From a virus (Duplodnaviria; Heunggongvirae; Uroviricota; Caudoviricetes): 33,724 nt of DNA. A model generated the notes under the pieces. It worked only from the letters and a program-made list of their open reading frames with translations, made no database searches and was not told the origin of the DNA. Location of the stretch: IMG/VR virus record IMGVR_UViG_2531839144_000010. One strand, given 5' to 3'. Positions 27,685 to 33,724 of the stretch are shown piece after piece (the first letter of the stretch is position 1; each line of letters starts with the position of its first letter). The position numbers and the translations under genes were made by a program.

Positions 27685-30124
27685 CAATGTAAAATTACAG
27701 GTATTGCTCAGGGCTGTTGACCAGGCATCCCGCCCGTTTAAATCCATCCGCACAGCGAGTAAGTCGCTGTCGGGGGATATCCGGGAAACACAAAAATCAC
27801 TGCGCGAGCTGAACGGTCACGCATCCCGTATTGAGGGATTCCGCAAGACCAGTGCACAGCTCGCTGTGACTGGTCATGCACTTGAAAAGGCACGGCAGGA
27901 GGCCGAAGCCCTTGCCACACAGTTTAAAAACACCGAACGTCCGACCCGTGCTCAGGCGAAAGTGCTGGAATCCGCAAAGCGTGCGGCGGAGGACTTACAG
28001 GCGAAATATAACCGCCTGACGGATTCCGTTAAACGCCAGCAGCGGGAACTGGCCGCTGTGGGAATTAATACCCGCAATCTTGCACATGATGAGCAGGGAC
28101 TGAAAAACCGTATCAGTGAAACCACCGCACAGCTTAACCGACAGCGCGACGCGCTGGCGCGTGTCAGTGCACAACAGGCAAAACTTAACGCAGTAAAACA
28201 GCGTTATCAGGCCGGAAAGGAACTGGCCGGAAATATGGCCTCGGTGGGCGCTGCCGGTGTGGGGATTGCGGCGGCGGGAACGATGGCCGGAGTTAAGCTG
28301 CTGATGCCCGGTTATGAGTTTGCGCAGAAAAACTCAGAATTGCAGGCCGTGCTAGGAGTGGCAAAAGACTCCGCCGAAATGACCGCACTCCGCAAGCAGG
28401 CGCGCCAGCTCGGCGACAATACCGCAGCCTCGGCAGATGATGCAGCCGGTGCACAGATTATCATCGCGAAAGCGGGTGGGGATGTTGATGCCATTCAGGC
28501 GGCAACGCCGGTCACGCTGAATATGGCGCTGGCGAACCGCCGCACGATGGAAGAAAACGCCGCCCTGCTGATGGGGATGAAATCCGCCTTTCAGCTTTCA
28601 AACGATAAGGTCGCTCATATCGGGGATGTTCTCTCCATGACGATGAACAAAACCGCCGCCGATTTTGACGGCATGAGCGATGCGCTGACCTATGCCGCAC
28701 CTGTGGCAAAAAATGCCGGTGTCAGCATTGAAGAAACCGCCGCAATGGTCGGGGCGCTGCATGATGCAAAAATCACAGGCTCAATGGCGGGGACGGGAAG
28801 CCGTGCCGTGTTAAGCCGCCTGCAGGCACCGACGGGAAAAGCATGGGATGCACTCAAAGAGCTTGGAGTGAAAACCTCAGACAGCAAGGGAAACACCCGA
28901 CCAGTATTTACCATTCTGAAAGAAATGCAGGCCAGTTTTGAGAAAAACCGGCTCGGTACTGCCCAGCAGGCTGAATACATGAAAACTATTTTCGGGGAGG
29001 AGGCCAGCTCAGCCGCCGCCGTGCTGATGACTGCCGCCTCAACCGGAAAGCTGGACAAACTGACCGCTGCGTTTAAAGCCTCAGACGGGAAGACCGCAGA
29101 GCTGGTAAATATCATGCAGGACAACCTCGGCGGTGACTTTAAGGAGTTTCAGTCCGCTTATGAGGCGGTGGGGACTGACCTGTTTGACCAGCAGGAAGGC
29201 GCACTGCGTAAGCTCACACAGACGGCCACAAAGTATGTGTTAAAACTCGACGGCTGGATCCAGAAAAACAAATCACTGGCGTCAACCATCGGCCTCATTG
29301 TCGGTGGCGCGCTGGCGCTGACTGGCATCATCGGTGCCATTGGTCTTGTAGCCTGGCCGGTTATCACCGGCATCAATGCCATTATCGCGGCAGCAGGCGC
29401 AATGGGGGCAATCTTCACGACGGTTAGCAGTGCTGTTATGACGGCCATCGGGGCGATTAGCTGGCCGGTTGTGGCCGTGGTGGCCGCCATTGTCGCCGGG
29501 GCGTTGCTTATCCGTAAATACTGGGAGCCTGTCAGCGCATTCTTTGACGGTGTGGTTGAAGGGCTGAAAGCGGCATTTGCGCCGGTGGGGGAACTTTTCA
29601 CGCCACTTAAGCCGGTGTTTGACTGGCTGGGTGAAAAGTTACAGGCCGCGTGGCAGTGGTTTACAAACCTGATTGCCCCGGTTAAAGCCACACAGGACAC
29701 CCTGAACCGTTGCCGTGACACGGGCGTCATGTTCGGGCAGGCGCTGGCTGACGCGCTGATGCTGCCGCTTAATGCGTTCAACAAACTGCGCAGCGGTATT
29801 GACTGGGTACTGGAAAAACTCGGTGTTATCAACAAAGAGTCAGACACACTTGACCAGACCGCCGCAAGGACTCATGCCGCCACGTATGGCACCGGTGGTT
29901 ATATTCCGGCGACCAGCTCTTATGCAGGCTATCAGGCTTATCAGCCGGTCACGGCACCGGCTGGCCGCTCTTATGTGGACCAGAGTAAAAACGAATATCA
30001 CATCAGCCTGACGGGTGGTACTGCGCCGGGGACACAGCTTGACCGCCAGTTACAGGATGCGCTCGAAAAATACGAGCGGGATAAACGTGCGCGCGCCCGT
30101 GCCAGCATGATGCATGACGGTTAA
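27677..30124 (+). CDS. T: Tail tape measure protein, 815 aa
   Basis: Long alpha-helical protein with hydrophobic glycine/alanine-rich segments; size matches P2 T. Confidence 0.85.
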   Translation: MSNNVKLQVLLRAVDQASRPFKSIRTASKSLSGDIRETQKSLRELNGHASRIEGFRKTSAQLAVTGHALEKARQEAEALATQFKNTERPTRAQAKVLESAKRAAEDLQAKYNRLTDSVKRQQRELAAVGINTRNLAHDEQGLKNRISETTAQLNRQRDALARVSAQQAKLNAVKQRYQAGKELAGNMASVGAAGVGIAAAGTMAGVKLLMPGYEFAQKNSELQAVLGVAKDSAEMTALRKQARQLGDNTAASADDAAGAQIIIAKAGGDVDAIQAATPVTLNMALANRRTMEENAALLMGMKSAFQLSNDKVAHIGDVLSMTMNKTAADFDGMSDALTYAAPVAKNAGVSIEETAAMVGALHDAKITGSMAGTGSRAVLSRLQAPTGKAWDALKELGVKTSDSKGNTRPVFTILKEMQASFEKNRLGTAQQAEYMKTIFGEEASSAAAVLMTAASTGKLDKLTAAFKASDGKTAELVNIMQDNLGGDFKEFQSAYEAVGTDLFDQQEGALRKLTQTATKYVLKLDGWIQKNKSLASTIGLIVGGALALTGIIGAIGLVAWPVITGINAIIAAAGAMGAIFTTVSSAVMTAIGAISWPVVAVVAAIVAGALLIRKYWEPVSAFFDGVVEGLKAAFAPVGELFTPLKPVFDWLGEKLQAAWQWFTNLIAPVKATQDTLNRCRDTGVMFGQALADALMLPLNAFNKLRSGIDWVLEKLGVINKESDTLDQTAARTHAATYGTGGYIPATSSYAGYQAYQPVTAPAGRSYVDQSKNEYHISLTGGTAPGTQLDRQLQDALEKYERDKRARARASMMHDG

Positions 30125-30138
30125 GGAGGTGACGAAAA

Positions 30139-30618
30139 ATGATGCTCGCGTTAGGTATGTTTGTTTTTATGCGCCAGACGCTGCCACACCAGACCATGCA
30201 GCGTGAATCAGATTATCGCTGGCCGTCAAATTCCCGTATCGGCAAACGGGATGCCTTTCAGTTTCTCGGTGTGGGTGAGGAAAACATCACGCTTGCCGGT
30301 GTGCTTTATCCTGAACTGACCGGCGGAAAGCTGACGATGACCACGCTCAGACTGATGGCAGAGGAAGGCCGGGCGTGGCCGTTGCTGGATGGCACCGGCA
30401 TGATTTACGGCATGTATGTCATCAGCAGGGTGAGTGAAACAGGGAGTATTTTCTTTGCAGACGGCACACCCCGGAAAATTGATTTTACGCTGTCGCTCAC
30501 CCGCGTTGATGAATCACTGGCCGCGCTTTATGGCGATATCGGTAAACAGGCGGAATCGCTCATCGGTAAGGCTGGCAGTATAGCGACTAAATTCACGGGT
30601 ATGACGGAGGCGGGATAA
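30139..30618 (+). CDS. U: Tail protein U, 159 aa
   Basis: Size and position match P2 U. Confidence 0.8.
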   Translation: MMLALGMFVFMRQTLPHQTMQRESDYRWPSNSRIGKRDAFQFLGVGEENITLAGVLYPELTGGKLTMTTLRLMAEEGRAWPLLDGTGMIYGMYVISRVSETGSIFFADGTPRKIDFTLSLTRVDESLAALYGDIGKQAESLIGKAGSIATKFTGMTEAG

Positions 30619-31781
30619 TGCTGGATGCGCTGACATTTGATGCAGGCAGTACGCTGACGCCGGATTACATGCTGATGCTCGACAGCAGGGATATTACCGG
30701 CAATATCAGCGACCGTCTGATGAGCATGACCCTGACGGATAACCGGGGCTTTGAGGCTGACCAGCTTGATATTGAACTGAACGACGCCGACGGGCAGGTC
30801 GGGCTACCGATTCGTGGCGCTGTCCTGACGGTGTATATCGGCTGGAAAGGTTTTGCCCTGGTATGCAAAGGGAAATTCACCGTTGATGAGGTTGAACACC
30901 GGGGCGCGCCGGATGTGGTCACCATCCGCGCCCGGAGTGCAGATTTCCGCGGGACGCTCAATTCCCGCCGGGAAGGCTCCTGGCATGACACCACGCTCGG
31001 TGCGATTGTTGAGGCGATAGCCTCCCGTAACAGGCTGGAAGCCAGTGTCGCTCCGTCACTGGCCGGAATTAAAATCCCGCACATCGACCAGTCGCAGGAG
31101 TCTGATGCGAAATTCCTGACCCGTCTTGCAGAACGCAACGGCGGTGAGGTGTCGGTAAAAATGGGAAAACTGCTGTTTCTCAAAGCGGGGCAGGGGGTGA
31201 CGGCCAGCGGTAAAAAAATCCCGCAGGTCACCATCACCCGCAGCGACGGCGACCGCCATCATTTTGCGATTGCTGACCGTGGAGCCTATACCGGCGTAAC
31301 GGCAAAGTGGTTACACACCAAAGACCCGAAGCCGCAAAAGCAGAAGGTAAAACTGAAACGCAAAAAGAAAGAGAAACACCTGCGCGCACTGGAGCACCCG
31401 AAAGCGAAACCGGTCAGGCAGAAGAAAGCGCCAAAAGTACCGGAAGCGCGCGAAGGTGAATACATGGCCGGTGAGGCTGACAACGTTTTTGCCCTGACCA
31501 CGGTATATGCCACGAAAGCACAGGCCATGCGTGCCGCTCAGGCGAAGTGGGATAAACTGCAACGGGGTGTGGCGGAGTTCTCCATCAGCCTGGCTACCGG
31601 CCGGGCAGATATTTACACGGAAACGCCGGTCAAAGTGTCAGGTTTTAAGCGCGTCATAGACGAGCAGGACTGGACAATCACTAAGGTGACACACTTTCTG
31701 AATAATAGCGGCTTCACGACGTCCTTAGAGCTTGAGGTCAGGTTTTCTGATGTGGAGTACGAAACAGAAGATGATGAGTGA
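30618..31781 (+). CDS. D: Tail/baseplate protein D, 387 aa
   Basis: Size and position match P2 D. Confidence 0.8.
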   Translation: MLDALTFDAGSTLTPDYMLMLDSRDITGNISDRLMSMTLTDNRGFEADQLDIELNDADGQVGLPIRGAVLTVYIGWKGFALVCKGKFTVDEVEHRGAPDVVTIRARSADFRGTLNSRREGSWHDTTLGAIVEAIASRNRLEASVAPSLAGIKIPHIDQSQESDAKFLTRLAERNGGEVSVKMGKLLFLKAGQGVTASGKKIPQVTITRSDGDRHHFAIADRGAYTGVTAKWLHTKDPKPQKQKVKLKRKKKEKHLRALEHPKAKPVRQKKAPKVPEAREGEYMAGEADNVFALTTVYATKAQAMRAAQAKWDKLQRGVAEFSISLATGRADIYTETPVKVSGFKRVIDEQDWTITKVTHFLNNSGFTTSLELEVRFSDVEYETEDDE

Positions 31782-31862
31782 TGTTTTTATTTTATCTGTT
31801 TGTTTTATAAGGATAAATTAACTAAAATGGCACCATCAACAAAACCGGAAGAGGTGCTCGCG

Positions 31863-32081
31863 ATGTTTCATTGTCCTTTATGCCAGCATGCCGCACATGC
31901 GCGTACAAGCCGCTATATCACTGACACGACAAAAGAGCGTTATCACCAGTGCCAGAACGTGAATTGCAGCGCCACGTTCATCACTTATGAGTCGGTACAG
32001 CGATACATCGTGAAGCCGGGAGAAGTCCACGCCGTGAGGCCGCACCCGTTGCCGTCAGGGCAGCAAATTATGTGGATGTAA
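31863..32081 (+). CDS. ogr: Late-gene transcriptional activator Ogr (C4 zinc finger), 72 aa
   Basis: MFHCPLCQHAAHARTSRYITDTTKERYHQCQNVNCSATF... with a C-x2-C...C-x4-C zinc-binding motif; taking the ATG at 31863 gives 72 aa. Confidence 0.85.
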   Translation: MFHCPLCQHAAHARTSRYITDTTKERYHQCQNVNCSATFITYESVQRYIVKPGEVHAVRPHPLPSGQQIMWM

Positions 32082-32091
32082 TTACAAACAG

Positions 32092-32115
32092 AAAGCCCCG
32101 CAGTCGAGGGGCTTT
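32092..32115. terminator. Bidirectional rho-independent terminator shared by ogr (+) and the convergent 133-aa gene (-)
   Basis: AAAGCCCC-GCAGTCGA-GGGGCTTT hairpin with T-rich sequence on both sides (CAACTTTATTT on the plus strand). Confidence 0.65.
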
Positions 32116-32132
32116 CAACTTTATTTAGGAGC

Positions 32133-32534
32133 TTATTTCCCTGTGTAAAGACGTGTTTGGGATGAAAGTAACACTTGCCCCTGTTTAGGCGTCAACGAAC
32201 CTATTTCATTGCATGTTTTTAATGGTTCGAAAAAAACATAACCGATGGATTTATATTGATTAACTATGCTTATTTCTTTGATTTTTTTGAGATATGAAGC
32301 AGGCGTGTCTTTTGTCCAGACTGGTGTGCATACACCGGTCATAATCAGGTTGCTGTAGGCGTCAGGGGCGATTTCTTTGCCAGGAAGTACCACCGTAAGC
32401 GAGTTGTTTTTATTCGTGATTTCTAGGGGTTGCCATGGTTTAAGCTGCTTTTGAAGGGTTTTAATATCATTCGCGTTTGCGTTGAGCGAAATTATTAAGG
32501 TGGCTATTGCCATCACTGATTTAAGAGTTGCCAT
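32133..32534 (-). CDS. Secreted small protein of unknown function, 133 aa, signal peptide, two Cys
   Basis: N-terminal signal peptide MATLKSVMAIATLIISLNANA with an AxA cleavage motif; AT-rich codon usage unlike both phage backbone and fieF; bracketed by two similar hairpins. Confidence 0.6.
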   Translation of the reverse strand: MATLKSVMAIATLIISLNANANDIKTLQKQLKPWQPLEITNKNNSLTVVLPGKEIAPDAYSNLIMTGVCTPVWTKDTPASYLKKIKEISIVNQYKSIGYVFFEPLKTCNEIGSLTPKQGQVLLSSQTRLYTGK

Positions 32535-32594
32535 GGAAAATCCTTAATAAACATTTGGTTGAGTAAAATTCATACCTCCAAAAAAAGGAAAAAT

Positions 32595-32619
32595 AAAGCC
32601 CCATGTGCTTAGGGGCTTT
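32595..32619 (-). terminator. Hairpin plus T-tract on the minus strand, upstream of the 133-aa gene
   Basis: AAAGCCCC-ATGTGCTTA-GGGGCTTT; on the minus strand it is followed by ATTTTTCCTTTTTTT; the stem is identical to the hairpin at 32092-32115. Confidence 0.45.
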
Positions 32620-32713
32620 CAGTAGTCGATGTGGACGCTATGTGGACAGCGTTTGACATAAATCCATTTATATCATCAGGTTAGGTGCTTTTTTGTGACA
32701 CCATCCCTGTCTT

Positions 32714-32740
32714 CCCCCACATGATGTGGGGGTTTTTTTT
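32714..32740 (+). terminator. Rho-independent terminator of the host gene originally upstream of fieF
   Basis: CCCCCACA-TGA-TGTGGGGG followed by T8; no plus-strand gene precedes it within the window, consistent with a host terminator separated from its gene by the prophage. Confidence 0.55.
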
Positions 32741-32821
32741 ATCCTCAATTTGCCTGCTGCTTAATGCATTGCAGATGATTTGCTTCCGTTATACTACCGT
32801 CAGTTGATAGCGGGAGTATTT

Positions 32822-33724
32822 ATGAATCAATCTTATGGACGGCTGGTCAGTCGGGCGGCGATTGCTGCGACGGCGATGGCTTCGCTGCTATTGCTGATTA
32901 AAATTTTTGCATGGTGGTATACCGGGTCGGTGAGTATTCTCGCCGCGCTGGTGGATTCGCTGGTGGATATCGGCGCGTCGTTGACGAATTTACTGGTGGT
33001 GCGATATTCCCTGCAACCTGCCGACGATAATCACTCGTTTGGTCACGGTAAAGCTGAGTCCCTCGCGGCGCTGGCGCAAAGTATGTTTATCTCCGGTTCG
33101 GCACTATTCCTGTTTTTGACGGGTATTCAACATCTGGTATCTCCAACACCGATGACAGATCCAGGCGTCGGGGTTATCGTGACAATTGTGGCGCTAATTT
33201 GTACGATTATCCTTGTCTCGTTTCAGCGTTGGGTGGTGCGCCGGACGCAAAGCCAGGCGGTGCGGGCTGATATGCTACATTACCAGTCTGATGTTATGAT
33301 GAACGGCGCAATTCTGCTGGCGCTGGGGTTGTCCTGGTACGGCTGGCATCGCGCCGATGCTCTGTTTGCATTGGGGATCGGCATCTATATTTTATATAGC
33401 GCGTTACGCATGGGATATGAGGCGGTACAGTCATTACTGGATCGCGCATTGCCTGATGAGGAACGGCAAGAAATTATTGATATCGTGACTTCCTGGCCGG
33501 GTGTTAGCGGCGCTCACGATCTTCGCACGCGGCAGTCAGGGCCGACCCGCTTTATTCAGATTCATTTGGAAATGGAAGACTCTCTGCCTTTGGTTCAGGC
33601 ACATATGGTGGCGGATCAGGTAGAGCAGGCTATTTTACGGCGTTTTCCGGGATCGGATGTGATTATCCATCAGGACCCCTGTTCCGTCGTACCCAGGGAG
33701 GGTAAACGGTCTATGCTTTCATAA
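32822..33724 (+). CDS. fieF: Cation-efflux pump FieF/YiiP (CDF family), 300 aa
   Basis: Starts [49 protein letters not shown]...; six hydrophobic helices plus a C-terminal cytoplasmic domain; recognised as enterobacterial FieF from memory. Confidence 0.9.
   Translation: MNQSYGRLVSRAAIAATAMASLLLLIKIFAWWYTGSVSILAALVDSLVDIGASLTNLLVVRYSLQPADDNHSFGHGKAESLAALAQSMFISGSALFLFLTGIQHLVSPTPMTDPGVGVIVTIVALICTIILVSFQRWVVRRTQSQAVRADMLHYQSDVMMNGAILLALGLSWYGWHRADALFALGIGIYILYSALRMGYEAVQSLLDRALPDEERQEIIDIVTSWPGVSGAHDLRTRQSGPTRFIQIHLEMEDSLPLVQAHMVADQVEQAILRRFPGSDVIIHQDPCSVVPREGKRSMLS

Larger units (their letters stand above)
1..32622. mobile_element. P2-like prophage, int through ogr plus right-end cargo; left att site lies outside the window and the right boundary is approximate
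   Basis: Complete P2 gene order and gene sizes; P2 cos sequence at 9049-9067; host fieF with its upstream terminator begins after about 32700. Right boundary is inferred, not observed. Confidence 0.85.

Noticed and set aside
32082-32780. Looked for a tRNA gene or an exact copy of the P2 att core (as I recall it) at the right junction.
   Set aside because: No tRNA-like cloverleaf and no exact core match were found by eye; only a loose resemblance near 32590-32616, so no att site is annotated as a feature.

Overview
The window is an almost complete P2-like (Peduovirus-type) prophage in an Escherichia-type chromosome, in prophage order int-C-cox-B-A / cargo / cos / Q-P / O-N-M-L-X-Y-K-lysABC-R-S / V-W-J-I-H-G / cargo / FI-FII-E(E')-T-U-D / ogr, followed by the host cation-efflux gene fieF. 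The window starts exactly at the int stop codon, so attL is not visible. Gene order, the 19-nt cos sequence, the E/E' frameshift and nearly all protein lengths match phage P2 as I recall it; int, C, cox and H differ in length from my memory of P2, so I call it P2-like rather than P2. Three AT-rich cargo loci interrupt the GC-rich backbone: (1) between A and cos, an orf91-like gene, a 253-aa Tin-like protein and a 586-aa OLD-family ATPase-TOPRIM nuclease; (2) between G and FI (the Z/fun position), a single 341-aa minus-strand protein of unknown function with a GIY-YIG-like motif; (3) between ogr and the host flank, a 133-aa signal-peptide protein bracketed by two near-identical hairpins. These cargo genes are the best candidates for under-characterised anti-phage or lysogenic-conversion functions. 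I cannot show from sequence alone that any is a new system, and all domain assignments are by eye from motifs, not database searches.
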